Assembly: GCA_963770935.1 (NCBI GenBank)
Contig: CAVYRJ010000008.1
Span: 239,816-303,815 of the forward strand
Direction of reading: 5' to 3'
Source: Candidatus Bathyarchaeota archaeon
Lineage (GTDB): Archaea > Thermoproteota > Bathyarchaeia > Bathyarchaeales > Bathycorpusculaceae
DNA: 64,000 nucleotides
Part shown: piece by piece, positions 1-11,927 of the stretch
Layout: each line of letters begins with the position of its first letter
Numbering within the stretch: the stretch's first letter is position 1
Made by a program: the position numbers and the translations under genes
Notes under the pieces: model-generated
Told to the model about the DNA's origin: nothing
Seen by the model: the letters and a program-made list of their open reading frames with translations, nothing else
Databases searched by the model: none

Positions 1-2
1 AC

Positions 3-584
3 CTAACTGACCAATCAGGGCAAACCAAAATATTCGTCTCCAGAGGAGACAACTCCGGAACACACAGTAAAGAGCAAAGCCTATGGAAAGCAGCAGGCTA
101 CAACTATACAGAAATCTCAGCGCAACCTTGGTATGCAAGCGTTGGGCAAGGCATGGGCGCAACTTTAACGGTAGCTGACGAAAAGGATGCTTACACATTG
201 TCAGACATAGGAACGTTCCTTAAGTTTGAGAAAGACGCCACCATATCTTCAGTTGCTCTCTTAACAGAGGAAAAATCTCTTCTCAACGTCTACAGTGCAA
301 TGGCAGTAAACCAAACGGTACCAGCCAACCAAACTATTCACGACAAGATAAATTACGTTGACGCGATGGATTTTATAAAATTCTTAGCCTCGCCTGAAAC
401 TCAACAGTTCATCGAAGACTACGGCAAAGCAGACTATGGACAAAGCCTATTCTATGGTGCAGTGCAACCATTAAAAAACAATGCGCCCCAACCAATTGTT
501 GGGTGGATACAAAGCGCCGCGTTCTTTGACAGTTCCGAATGTCCTCCACAATACAGAAACGGCTACTCAGAGCTCTACACTTAG
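3..584 (+). CDS. tupA: Tungstate ABC transporter substrate-binding protein (5'-truncated by window edge)
   Basis: Frame open from nt 3; FVSRGDNSGTHSKE, GQGMGATL and YTLSDIGTF motifs of TupA; followed by permease and ATPase. Confidence 0.85.
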   Translation, partial: LTDQSGQTKIFVSRGDNSGTHSKEQSLWKAAGYNYTEISAQPWYASVGQGMGATLTVADEKDAYTLSDIGTFLKFEKDATISSVALLTEEKSLLNVYSAMAVNQTVPANQTIHDKINYVDAMDFIKFLASPETQQFIEDYGKADYGQSLFYGAVQPLKNNAPQPIVGWIQSAAFFDSSECPPQYRNGYSELYT

Positions 585-596
585 AGGACAATAATA

Positions 597-1316
597 TTGG
601 TTGACATAGTCAGTGGAATGGCCGAAGCTGGGCGGTTAATATTAGAAGGCGACCCAACGCTTTATGGAATCGTCTTCCGCTCTCTCCTTTTTTCTGGAGT
701 AGCAGTAATTTTAGCTGCACTTTGGGGAACACCCATTGCTATGGTAATAAGCCTAAAAATTTTCAAAGGAAAAACAATCGTTAAAGGCTTCTTTACTTCA
801 TTGATTGGTATACCAACGGTTGTATTAGGTTTAGTATTGTTTCTTCTTTTCTCGAGAAGTGGTCCTCTGGGTTTTCTAGGGCTACTCTACTCTCCAAGTG
901 GCATAATAATTGGCGAAGCTATACTTGTAACACCTATACTAATCAGCATAATGATAACATCTATAGAAGCAGTCGATCCAGAAATAATGAACCTAGCAAA
1001 AACATTAGGTGCTTCAGAATCGCAAGCAGCAATCGCAGTTTTGAAAGAAGCTCTTAACGGTGTTTTACTGTCAAACATTGCGAGCTTCAACCGAGCAATC
1101 GCCGAGTTAGGGGTAGCGTTGATGGTAGGTGGAAACATTGCTGATTTAACTGATGTTTTAACCACGGCTATTTCGAGATATACTCAAATTGGCGATTTTG
1201 GTTATGCCATAGCTTTAGGAATATTTTTAATGGCAATAATTTTCTTGATAAACACGCTCATAATTGTGGCTCGAAAAGCAAAGTGGTTGTACACAATATG
1301 GAGAGTCCCACAGTAA
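597..1316 (+). CDS. tupB: Tungstate ABC transporter permease
   Basis: Hydrophobic; LFSRSGPLG, AKTLGA and RAIAELGVALMVGGNI motifs; TTG start. Confidence 0.85.
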   Translation: MVDIVSGMAEAGRLILEGDPTLYGIVFRSLLFSGVAVILAALWGTPIAMVISLKIFKGKTIVKGFFTSLIGIPTVVLGLVLFLLFSRSGPLGFLGLLYSPSGIIIGEAILVTPILISIMITSIEAVDPEIMNLAKTLGASESQAAIAVLKEALNGVLLSNIASFNRAIAELGVALMVGGNIADLTDVLTTAISRYTQIGDFGYAIALGIFLMAIIFLINTLIIVARKAKWLYTIWRVPQ

Positions 1317-1332
1317 TTTCGGAGCTTAAAGA

Positions 1333-2394
1333 ATGGCAACAATTGTTGAATTGAAAAATGTAACAAAAGCCTACGCAAACAAAACTGTACTAGATAACGT
1401 TAGCCTGCAAGTCAACCAAGGAGAAATATTGGCGTTAATTGGACCGAACGGTTCAGGCAAATCAACTATACTAAAAATTATGGCTTTTCTTGAAAACATC
1501 TCAAACGGTGAAGTAAAATTCGAAAACGAAAACCTTAGCGCTAAAAATGCTGAAAAACTTCGGATGCAAAGCACTCTTGTATTTCAAAAAACAACTCTAT
1601 TTGACTCTTCAGTGTATGATAATGTTGTTTATGGGTTGAAAATTAGAAAAGTTCCAAAAAATACGCATCGTGAAGCAGTAAAAGTCGCATTAAGGATAGT
1701 AAAGTTGGAGGGTTTTGAGAATCGTCCTGCAAGAAAGCTTTCAGGTGGGGAACAACAAAGAGTAGCAATAGCTCGAGCTTTAGTTTTAAAGACGAAACTT
1801 TTGCTTTTAGATGAGCCAACAGCAAACTTGGATCCAAAGAACGCGCAGATAATTGAGGATGTTATATCGACAGTAAATCATGAGTTAAAAACTACGATTG
1901 TGATGGCAACACATAACATGTTCCAAGCGAAAGCCCTGCCTACGCGCATTGCGCTAATAGAGGATGGTAAAATCACTGAAGTTGGTCTACCCGCTGATGT
2001 TTTCGGCAAGCTTTCTCGTAACCTTTCAAGTTTTGCAGCTGTTGAAAACAGGTTCTCTGGAAAAGCTCAATTGACAGCAGAGGGTACAGCGCTTGTGGAC
2101 ATTGGCAATGGTGTTTTGGTTGAAGTTACCGCTCAAAAACAAGGCGAAATATCCATCTTTATCAGCCCACAAGATATAATATTATGTAAAACCACCATCC
2201 ACTCCAGCGCCAGAAATGAATTCAAAGGAGAAATAGTTGAAGTTGCCGATTCGGATTCAGTTGTTAAGCTTAAGGTGGATGTTGGCAAGGTTTTTGCTGT
2301 TCAAATAACTAAGAAATCTTTCAAGGAAATGGAACTTAATTTAGGCTCAGATGTTTATATTGCATTTAAGGCTTCAAGTGTTAATGTTTTTTAG
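1333..2394 (+). CDS. tupC: Tungstate/molybdate ABC ATPase with C-terminal TOBE domains
   Basis: GPNGSGKS, LSGGEQQR, LLLDEPT; SSARN..G TOBE signature. Confidence 0.85.
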   Translation: MATIVELKNVTKAYANKTVLDNVSLQVNQGEILALIGPNGSGKSTILKIMAFLENISNGEVKFENENLSAKNAEKLRMQSTLVFQKTTLFDSSVYDNVVYGLKIRKVPKNTHREAVKVALRIVKLEGFENRPARKLSGGEQQRVAIARALVLKTKLLLLDEPTANLDPKNAQIIEDVISTVNHELKTTIVMATHNMFQAKALPTRIALIEDGKITEVGLPADVFGKLSRNLSSFAAVENRFSGKAQLTAEGTALVDIGNGVLVEVTAQKQGEISIFISPQDIILCKTTIHSSARNEFKGEIVEVADSDSVVKLKVDVGKVFAVQITKKSFKEMELNLGSDVYIAFKASSVNVF

Positions 2395-2396
2395 GT

Positions 2397-2624
2397 TCAA
2401 GATTTCAGCTCAGGTTTCAATTCACCGAGAATAACAATTGCTTCACCAAGCGGCATCCCCAACCGCTGCGCAAGTTCAATAGCGGAAATATCCGATTTCT
2501 GCGGCAATATGCTGTTGCGGGTGTATGCTTTGTGAGTTGGATACATTACGGAGGCATGGACGGCTTCTACAAGTAAATGCCAAAGTTTCTCTTTAGTGTA
2601 TTCATCCAAGTTCATAGGTAACAA
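2397..2624 (-). CDS. Small hypothetical protein (possible HTH)
   Basis: 75-aa ORF, ISAIELAQRLGMPLGEA resembles an HTH. Confidence 0.5.
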   Translation of the reverse strand: MLPMNLDEYTKEKLWHLLVEAVHASVMYPTHKAYTRNSILPQKSDISAIELAQRLGMPLGEAIVILGELKPELKS

Positions 2625-2664
2625 CCATTTGATATACTGAAATGGGTTATTAGTCTACCGCAAG

Positions 2665-3055
2665 CTACGGTAGACGTCGTTATAAACGCTGGAAAGGAAG
2701 ACGTACCCAAAGCTGTCAAACAACTAATTAAGCTGGTTCTGATTTTGTGATTGAAGCAGCAGGAACCAAAGCGACAGTTGAGCAGACACCTTTTTGGTGC
2801 GGAAAGCGGGCAAAGTCGCGTTAGTGGGAGAGTCTGAAGGTTATTTGAATTTGGGAGATGCTGAAGAAGCCCAGTTCCTCACGATTTACCTTTCACCCGT
2901 TGAGTATCCAGAGGCAGTTGAGCTAATTGCGCGAAAACTCGTGGACGTAAAAGGACTAATAACGCACAGGTTCAAACTTGCCGAGTTTGAGAAGGCATTG
3001 AAGACGGCGGATAATCAATCGGAAAACCTCTGAAAGTAGTTATAACACAACAAAT
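2665..3055 (+). pseudogene. C-terminal remnant of a zinc-binding (MDR) alcohol dehydrogenase
   Basis: Reads VDVVINAGKEDV..GSDFVIEAAGT..LVRKAGKVALVG..LITHRFKL across indels; N-terminal catalytic domain absent. Confidence 0.7.
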
Positions 3056-3143
3056 AGTCCTCAAGATGGTTAACCACAAGGTATATTTCTGTTAGAGAAG
3101 TGTTAACCCCAAACCACCCTATGTATAACGGAGCTTAACAGTT

Positions 3144-3818
3144 TTGGCAATAGAAGCGGTAATTTTCGATTTAGATGGAACACTCGCCCATTTCAACTTA
3201 GACTACAAGGCTTTGCGATCTGAAGTCAGAACCTACCTGATGAGCAAGCGCGTTCCTGCATCTGTTCTCGACGTTAACGAGAGCATATTTGAGATGTTAA
3301 AAAAAGCCGAGATTTTTGTTAAAAATAATTCGAAATCCCCGGAAGCTTTTGTCGAAGTTCGCACACAAGCGTTAGGTATTGCCGAGAAATACGAGATGGA
3401 AGCCGCCACAACCACGAACCTGCTTGCTGGAGCAGTTGAAACACTCAAAGAATTGCAGAAGATGAACCTGAAATTGGGTTTATGCACAACCAGCAGCGAT
3501 AAAGCAGCAAACTATATTCTGCAACGATTCAAAATTGACAGTTTCTTCAAAGTTGTTGTTCCACGAGACAAAGTGAAATATGTAAAGCCCCATACGGAAC
3601 AATTTGAGGTAGCGCTTAAAACACTAGGTGTTCACGCGAAAACCGCGCTAATAGTTGGTGACAGCATTGTTGACATGCAGAGCGCTAAAGAACTAAAAGC
3701 CATAGCTATCGGGTTGCCCACCGGCTTAACCACAACAGAGCAATTGATGAGTAACGGAGCAAACTACATCATAACCTCATTAACTGACTTGCCACTTCTA
3801 GTAAAGAAAATAAAATAA
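3144..3818 (+). CDS. HAD-family hydrolase (phosphoglycolate phosphatase-like)
   Basis: IFDLDGTL motif I, KP motif, VGDSIVD motif IV. Confidence 0.85.
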   Translation: MAIEAVIFDLDGTLAHFNLDYKALRSEVRTYLMSKRVPASVLDVNESIFEMLKKAEIFVKNNSKSPEAFVEVRTQALGIAEKYEMEAATTTNLLAGAVETLKELQKMNLKLGLCTTSSDKAANYILQRFKIDSFFKVVVPRDKVKYVKPHTEQFEVALKTLGVHAKTALIVGDSIVDMQSAKELKAIAIGLPTGLTTTEQLMSNGANYIITSLTDLPLLVKKIK

Positions 3819-3820
3819 GA

Positions 3821-6800
3821 TTAAGCAGCAGTCACAACGCCATCTTTACAGACGAGTTTTCGCTCTCGCACCAGCCGCTTGAACACTTCAGAGAACACTG
3901 CGTTGGCTCCATCGCCTGAATGATTTATCCCAAATACTTTTGCGGTTTCTGCAATCAGCGAATCATCGCTTATACCTAAAGCATACTGAGCAACTATTGT
4001 CATAGCTGATTCAACCTCTTCAGGTGCAATGTAATCGGCTTTGCGCTTTGATTCTGGAAAACCCTGAATTGGCACTCGAATAGGCGTTTCGCTAAGTCCA
4101 ATTGGCCACAGAAAACTGCCTTTGATAATCACTTTCTGCATCTTAATCAGGTTGTTTAATGCCTCCCTTACAGCGTGAGCGATTTTTGGAGTTACCCGTT
4201 TTATCCCCCAGGCAGCCGCTAACCGTTCAACTGAATAGTCAAAGTGCACTGGACCTTCGTTTTGAACCAGTTCTGCGAGGAGTTTGGTTTGGTTTTCTCG
4301 GTTTTCTGGAAAATGGAACTCGTTTTTTTGTTTAGAGTCATATTTAGATTTGGCTGTGGCGACCTTGATGTAGGGATTGTAGGTTGCTTTAAGTGGGTAG
4401 ACTTTGTAGGGAACCCCGATTTTCTCGATGCCTGCAAATGTGTTTTTCCGGACATCTGTTTGAGATGCTGAGCCTTCTTTGATGTCTATGATGGGTTTTT
4501 GGGCGTCTTTCTCAAGTTGAATTTTTTGGGCTTGTTCAAGGGTTTCTTTTAGACGCCTGATTTCTGAGTCACGTCTTGCAACCCATGCTGGTGACCATAT
4601 GCGGTGCATGCGCCAGCCCAGTTGCCGCAGGACTTGTTCGCGAAGTCTGTCCCTATCACGGGCGCTGCTGCTTGACTTGTATGTGGCGCCATCGCATTCT
4701 ACACCAAGAAGGAAATTTCCAGTGTTAACGGGGTCAACAACTCCGATGTCAATTCTACAACCGCTACAACCTACTTCTGGAACGACCTCATAGCCCAGTT
4801 TTTTGATTTCCGCTGCTACATCTTGGTCTAAGGATGAATCAAAAGCGCCTTCCTTTGATTTAGTCGGTAAGGTTTCAGGTCCAAGCTCAGCATAATCAAG
4901 ATAGGTGCGCAGTGTTTGTACTCCCAGTGCTTGAGTGTCTTTATCAATATCAGAACCTTTAATGGAAGTTATCATCACGACTTTCTCTCGAGCGCGTGTA
5001 ACGGCAACGTTTAGGCGCCGTTCGCCGCCTGGTTTGTTTAAGGGTCCAAAGTTCATTGTCATTTGTCCCTGCTGGTCAAAGCCGTAGCCAACACTAAAAA
5101 AAATGACGTCGCGTTCGTCTCCTTGCACGTTCTCAAGGTTCTTTACGAAGAAGCCTTCTAAACGGTCTTCTTTAAAGAAGAGTTCGAAGTCAGGTTGTTC
5201 TTTTCTTCGGCGATCGATAGCTTCTTCAATGGCATCCATCTGTGCAATGCTAAAGGTTACGACACCCAATGTTTTCTTGGGATAGTTTTTGAAATGCTCA
5301 AACACAAGGTCGACGACTTTTTCTGCTTCTTTTAGGTTGTTTCTTGCTCCGCCTCGGTCATAAATTCCGTCTGGCACATGGACGAGTTTTACGCCTAAAC
5401 TGTCATTTTCTGCTTTTGCAGCTGGGAACGTTATCATGGTGTCATCGTAGAAGCGGTGATTGGAGAACGCGATGAGCTCTTCGTGTTTGCTGCGGTAGTG
5501 CCACCTCAGCGTTTTTACTGGCAAGCCTATGCCTAAACATTCGTCTAATATACTGTCGAAAACTTCTATGTCGTCATCGCTAAGTTCATCCCAGTCGACA
5601 TCGCCGATTAAGTTTTTCTGGAAGAAGCTGGTAGGCGGCAGCTGCTTGTTATCGCCTGCAACAACAAGCGTTTTGCCCCGGTAGATAGCACCTATGGCGT
5701 CTTCGGGAACAAGCTGCGATGCCTCATCGAAAAGAACTAAGTCAAACTTGCTATCTGGAGGCAAAAACTGGCTAACGGAGATGGGGCTCATCAACAGGCA
5801 AGGCTTTAGTTTGACAAGTAGATTTGGAATCTTTTGCATCAGCGTACGAATCGGCATAAGGCGCCTTTTCTTTGCAGCCTCTTTGAGCAAAATGTTTGCT
5901 TCGGTGTCGGCTGCTTGTATCAGGATATCTTGGGGTTTTCTTGCTATTCGCTGATTCAATAACCATACTGGATGTGAGGTAGATTAATTCTTGGTCGAGT
6001 TTTCGGAAGTCAGCGATTAACTGCTCATGGTTCTCGCGGCGGAATCTGCCCAATTTCTGGTCTTCGTTATATAGATTGTTTATCCATTCCTGGTAAACAC
6101 TCTTCCGGAAAACCTCACCCAAGTCGGCTGCTGAAATATGCTGTTCAACTAAACGGCTAAAGAACTGATCTAGATTTCGTAGATTGAAGCGATTCTTAAC
6201 GTCTCTAAAGTCGATCCAAACCTGCAAATCATCCACCCGGTCGCGGAGTACTTGGATTCGCTCGATTATTACTTTGATTTCTAATTCCTTTAGATTTTGG
6301 TTTCGGTATTTCATCTCAGTTTCGAAACGCTTTTCAAAATCCGCCAGAACCTTAAGCGAACTCTCGTTTTGCTGCTGTTAGTTCTGAGTTGGATGGCGCT
6401 GCAACCGGTCCTTGAGCGGCAATGTCTGCAAAAGCTTGGGGTACAGGGATGTCGCGAAATGCGGCTTGCACTTTTTTGCTCCATTCAAGCACAAAGACAA
6501 TGTCTTGCCAATTGGTTTCTAATTCGTTGAAGCGACTGCCAAATTTGGTTTGCAACTGGACTCTTTCGCCTACAATCCGGGTTTCCTGTTTTCGTATATC
6601 TTCAGCGTTTTTGAGGTCTTGTATGAGTTGTTTGAAGTTTTGGGGTTCTTGCTTGCAGGTTGCTAAGGTGTCTCTTGTTAGTGCGCAGAGGAGGTTTTGC
6701 TGTTTTTCTAGGTCGTTTGCCCATTCCTCAAGCGTTGAAAGCGCAGTTTGTGTAATTGGCTTATCGGATTTTGGAATAGTTGGTGGAATTAATGATTCTA

Positions 6801-9508
6801 ATTCCTTGCTTTGTTGCTCCCATCGATCAACAGATTCTTGCATTTCCAAACCCAAATTCTTAATCATAGGCGATGGGCTTGTTGAACTGGTGAGCAATTT
6901 TAGAAGAGATTCAGGAATTTGGGTTCCCCATGACAACTTTTTAATTTCGTCGATTAGCGCTATGGCTTTTTCTGCGCCTTGGAAGTCCGTTCGGGTCTTG
7001 TGGTAATAGCGACCCATTAAAGTGCGAACAGATTCAACTGAATCCTCAATCTTCGCTTTCAGTTTTTTGACTTTCCGAGCGTCGATAAGGTCTTGTTGTA
7101 TTGTTTTTGGGACTTTACCTTCGTTTGTTATCCGAGCAATAGCTTTTTGGTCGTTGCGGTACGTTGAATTGAAGATTTTCAAACCACTCTGGTATTCTCC
7201 ACTGTACCTTTCAATTATTCCGTCCAAGTCTAACTCGTAGATGCCGTCGCTATAGGTTTCTTCTATCCTGCTCTTTGTCAAGTTGTATTCTAGATAGAGC
7301 TGCTTTGCCTTGGAAACGGTTTCTTGGACTTGCTCAAGGTATTTAGCGTCAAACCATTCTGGCTCTGGCTTATCATCAGCAAAGCACAGCAGTGCTATCC
7401 GGGATAAACTGCTTTAGCTGTGTAACCGTCAAGTCGCCGCCGTCTAAACCTAGTAGCTGAGCGAGTACTTGAGAGGTTTCACGCCACTTTCGGGAAGCCA
7501 ATTGAGTATTTCGGGAAAAAGCCAAGAATTTTTCACGTTTCCCCAGCAATTCGCCTTCTTCTACGTTGATTTGCTGGAAGCAGGTTACCCAATGCTGATA
7601 CTGCCTGCTGCAACTCGGCTGACCTGTTTAAGTCCAGAGCGAACAATGATGGTTGGTAGCGTTCCATGAGGTTGGCGCGAGTGCTTCTTTATCCAGATGC
7701 TGGTTTGAAGGTAGTTTTGTGCTTCGTTTAGGAGTTTGTCAAGGTTTGTGTTTGTTAACCAGTTACTTTCGGGCTTAGGACTCTCAAAGAGGAGTCTGCT
7801 GACGTCAAGGAGCCATTGTATTCGCGCAAACGTTTCAGGTGGAAACACACCCAGTTTGGCGGAAAATTCTTCGGTTTCCAGCTGCAAACTACGTAATTTT
7901 TCATTAATTTTAACAAGCGTTGTGAGGAGTTCGCTTCGGATTTCAAGGTTGTATTTGTCAGCGCGGTAGCCTAACCAAGGAAAATCGGGCTCCTCGATTA
8001 CCTGCCAAACTTTGCTTAGCTGCGAAACCAGTTCCTCAAGCTCACGCATCTTTTGCGGAGTCAACGTTCCCAACTCCGTTAATCCCACGGATACAAACGG
8101 AACGCGCTCGAGGCTTGAGATTATGCTTAGAACGTCATAGACGCTTCTCTGCAGGTACGGACGCTTATCATGCAACGCGGTGACGTAGCCGTTTAAGGCT
8201 TCACGGTATTCTGCCAGCCGCTCAAACTCATGTGCCGAGGGTAATTTGCGCGGAACAAGGTTTTCGTCGAGGCTGCGTTTGAGTTCCGCCACGACTTGCT
8301 GCTTGTTGGCTTTGCTACTGTGAAGTTCAAGGCAGAAATGCGCCAAACCCACCTGGCTAAGCCGTTTATAAACAACTTCCAATGCCGCCATCTTGTCACT
8401 GACAAAGAGCACGCTTTTGCCGTTAGCGATGCATTCGGCAATGATGTTTGCAATCGTCTGGCTTTTGCCTGTGCCGGGGGGACCTTTCATGACAAAGCTT
8501 TGTCCACGCAGGGCGTATTCGATGGAGACCCGTTGGCTGCTGTCAGCGTCGAGGACCTGGTAGGTTTTGGCTGGTGCCTCAATCTTGTCAACGTCTTTCT
8601 CGTCGGGCAAACCGTTCAAAATCAAGTTGTCTTCTTTGATGCCTGCTATTGCTTTGATTATAGGATGTTGGGTAACCAGAGCAGCGTTAGATTCTAAATC
8701 TTTGTAGATAACAAGTTTCTGGAAGGAAAAAAGCCCCAAATCAACCGATGGCTCAGTCTTCCAGCCCATTTCCGCCACTGCAGCCTCAACCAGCTTAAAG
8801 TAGTCAGCTAACTTTGATTCTTCCCACTCCTCAGGCAACGACGGCAACTCGATTTTGTAGTCATTCTTCAGTTTAGCCTGCAACGCAGGGTTTAAGACAG
8901 CTTCATCTTCAACAGGAGGCACAGCGATGCTGTAGGGTTGTCTAATGGAATCGCGTCTCAACTCCAAAGGCACAAGAATTAGGGGCGACTGGACATTTTC
9001 TTTTGTTTCCAAATCCACCCAGTTAAGCGTCCCAAAAGCCGCATGCAAAATGCGGACACCCCGTTCCATGTAATCCAGCAAGGGAACGACTTTGCAGATT
9101 TTTTAGAACACGTTCAAGGTCCATGTGATTTAAACTGCCGCTAACCAACTGATTTGCTGTAGGGCGTTTTATTTCATCAGGGGTGGTGGCTGGTATGAGG
9201 GCAGATTTTGCCGTTTTGGGTTCGGTTTTGGTTTTGCCCTTGCCTTTGGCTATTGTTTTTTCGAGTTTTTCTGGGTTTTTGGTTTCTTCTTGAGGTTGCC
9301 AGAATTCTAACTGATTCTTTTTTATGACGAGTGCGTCGAAGATTTTTTGTTGGTCAGGTTGGGTGATTTGGAGGCTTCCACGTTTGCCTTTGTGGAAGTA
9401 GAGCAGGTTGTTTTTTCTTGAGAGGTCAATTAACCTAGATTTCCAGTCTTCAACACGCTTCATGGGTGAGGAGGAAATAGTTTCAGTCATGTAAAGGCAT
9501 ATCCCCAA
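3821..9508 (-). CDS. Large DUF4011-SF1 helicase-Vsr/MTES_1575 nuclease-DUF3320 protein (Hhe-like), split into ORFs by several indels
   Basis: WKSRLIDLSRKNNLL (DUF4011), GPPGTGKSQT, FDEASQ, GDNKQLPP, HYRS, ENVQGDERD, RRLNVAVTRAR, IDIGV..GVECDG..ARDRDRLR..LGW; consecutive ORFs in shifting frames. Confidence 0.85.
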
Positions 9509-9608
9509 GCGATTCGGTAGGATTATTGTGTGTAGGGTTGTTTAATACTTACGGTACTTTAACTTGGTTTCAAACATTCAGTTAGCCCATTTCTTGGAGC
9601 AAAAAGAG

Positions 9609-10230
9609 TCAGTTGATTCTACATGCTTGGTCTATTGCATCCAAAACTACCTGTTTAACGTTCCCGATGCCTACTTTTCTTATTTCAAGAATCTTAAGGC
9701 CCATCCCTGACTTCTCAATATCTTCTCTGCATTTTTCCGCGTCTTCGCAGGTATCCAAAATTACCGCGCCCTTAATACCGCTGAACATGCCTGTAAACGC
9801 TGCCTCGTCAACTCCTTCTTTTAGCATTTGTTCTTTAGCGTACTTAAAGAACCCAATCATGCCTGGACCCATGAACATGAGGTTGTGGTCAGGGTCAGCC
9901 TCTAACGATTTGCCTTTGCCGCCTAATTGGCAGTCGATACAGTTCACCGCATCTACCTTCACTATGCCATATTCTTGCGATAACTTTTTCATTTCGTTGT
10001 CTTGCCCAAGACACAGGTCACCGTAAACGAGCACGACTTTGCCCTTGAATCTTTTAAGGGTTTGTTCTAGAACTTTACGCAGATTTTTCTCAAGTGCCGT
10101 GTAGTCGATGTGGAAAAACTTACTCACAAAAACCAGTTCAGCATCAAGTTCACCTTGCTTGACTAAAATGCTCGAGTTCTTCTCTTAACACACTACAGGA
10201 AACCAGACAAACCTTGGGTTTTTCAAACAA
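9609..10230 (-). CDS. DUF1638-family protein (indel near 10170)
   Basis: TTG at 10230 gives MFEKPKVCLVSCSVLREE; YGDLC and NCIDCQLGG motifs. Confidence 0.65.
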
Positions 10231-10353
10231 ACTTTCAGCTTCTTAATAATCATAGTTACCAATTTACCAATAAAGTTTTGCGATAGTGAAAAAATGGTTT
10301 TAGTCTTAAAAATTTTAAACTTTATTTAATCGCACAAACACGCACTGGTCACT

Positions 10354-10752
10354 CTATGGTTTAAAGCAGTATCGTTGCCATTGCGGCCATTGCTGCGTTG
10401 TTGTGCAGGTGCCAAAGTCTAAAGTTAATTCCATGCCTATCTTCAGTTGCCCCTGAGTTACATCCTGAATCATTCCAGGGATTCTTAAGCCGTTTTCAAA
10501 TTCTATAATGCCAACGGAATAGGGCGTCAAGGCTTGGAACTGCGCAGGTGCGATGCTGATAACTGTGTAAGTAAGCAGTTTGCCTTTGCCGGAAACGTTG
10601 ATCCACTCGAATTCTTGGGAATAGCAGTTGTCGCATAGGGGTCTTGGTGGCAAATGGATTTTTCCGCATTTTAGGCATTTTCCAGCCTTCAGCTTGCCCT
10701 GCTGAAGAAACTTGTAGAACTGCTCAATTGTGAAAGGCTCATGAGTAATCAT
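10354..10752 (-). CDS. DUF35 Zn-ribbon/OB-fold protein, thiolase partner
   Basis: CLKCG..PPRPLCDNC, GKGKLLTYTVI; overlaps the thiolase stop. Confidence 0.9.
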   Translation of the reverse strand: MITHEPFTIEQFYKFLQQGKLKAGKCLKCGKIHLPPRPLCDNCYSQEFEWINVSGKGKLLTYTVISIAPAQFQALTPYSVGIIEFENGLRIPGMIQDVTQGQLKIGMELTLDFGTCTTTQQWPQWQRYCFKP

Positions 10753-11927
10753 TGTTGTGCGCTCCTGTAGAGGTGAACTACTGATGTAGCGCCTGAACCG
10801 CCTACGTTTTGGGTTAAGCCTATTTTAGCGTCTTTAACTTGACGTTTCCCCGCTTGATTGGTAAGTTGCAGATAGATTTCGTAAGCTTGAGCCGTTCCTG
10901 TTGCACCAACTGGGTGACCTTTAGCTTTTAAGCCCCCGCTTGTGTTTACTGGAACTCTGCCTCCAAGACGGGTTTCGCCGCTTTCGATTAATTTACCGCC
11001 CTCGCCTTTCTTGCAAAATCCGAGGTCTTCGTATGCCATGAGTTCCGCGAATGTGAAACAGTCGTGAACTTCAGCCAAGTTTACCTGTTGTGGTGTCACT
11101 TGAGCCATTTCATAGGCTGTTTTCGCCGCTATCTTTGTTGCGTTTAGTGAGGTGAAGCTTTCTCGTTCGTATAATCCGATGGTGTCACTGGCTTGTCCGC
11201 TACCAACAATATGGACTGGTTGGTCAGTGAATTTGCTTGCCAACTCGGGTTTGGTTAAGATTATGCAGCTTGCGCCGTCAGTTATGAGTGAGCAATCGTA
11301 GAGTTTAAGAGGCCAAGCTACGTAACGGGAAGCCATAACGGTTTCCAAGGTGATTTCTTTTTGCATATGGGCCTTCGGGTTGAGACTGCCATGGTAATGG
11401 TTTTTGACCGCTACCAAGGCAATCTGCTTCTCCGTAGTGCCGTAAGTGTGCATGTGGGCAGTCGCCATCAACGCAAACAACCCTGGGAAAGTGATGCCAT
11501 GAAACTGTTCAAAAGGATAATCGGATGCCATAGCCAAGTACTCGGTAACTTCAGCTGTAGTGCGATGCGTCATCTTCTCTACACCGCCTACTACCACCAC
11601 ATCTGCTAGCCCAGACATGACCGCGTAAATGCCTGAACGTAAAGCAACGCCGGAAGAACCACACGCTGCCTCTGTGCGCGTTGCTGGAATTCCGACAAGA
11701 CCAGCCCAATCCGCAATTGCGCTACCAGTGTGCCCTTGATGTTCGTAGGCTTCACCCATGTGCCCGATAAAGAGGGCTTTAATGTCGCGTTTCGGTTCCA
11801 ATTTGGGGCAGCGACTGAACGCTTCACTTGCCGCCTCGCTGAAAATTTCTCTTGCAAGTAGACCATCACGTTTGCCGAATTTGGACATGCCTGCGCTGAT
11901 TATACTGACGAGCGGTTTCCCATTCAA
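10749..11927 (-). CDS. Archaeal acetyl-CoA acetyltransferase (thiolase)
   Basis: EAACGSSG, EVHDCFT, GHPVGATG, QNVGG; likely TTG start at 11927 rather than the ORF-track start. Confidence 0.9.
   Translation of the reverse strand: MNGKPLVSIISAGMSKFGKRDGLLAREIFSEAASEAFSRCPKLEPKRDIKALFIGHMGEAYEHQGHTGSAIADWAGLVGIPATRTEAACGSSGVALRSGIYAVMSGLADVVVVGGVEKMTHRTTAEVTEYLAMASDYPFEQFHGITFPGLFALMATAHMHTYGTTEKQIALVAVKNHYHGSLNPKAHMQKEITLETVMASRYVAWPLKLYDCSLITDGASCIILTKPELASKFTDQPVHIVGSGQASDTIGLYERESFTSLNATKIAAKTAYEMAQVTPQQVNLAEVHDCFTFAELMAYEDLGFCKKGEGGKLIESGETRLGGRVPVNTSGGLKAKGHPVGATGTAQAYEIYLQLTNQAGKRQVKDAKIGLTQNVGGSGATSVVHLYRSAQQ

Noticed and set aside
4219-8697. Numerous alternative-frame and antisense ORFs of 60-190 aa, here and throughout the window
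   Set aside because: They shadow well-supported genes and lack motifs or RBS
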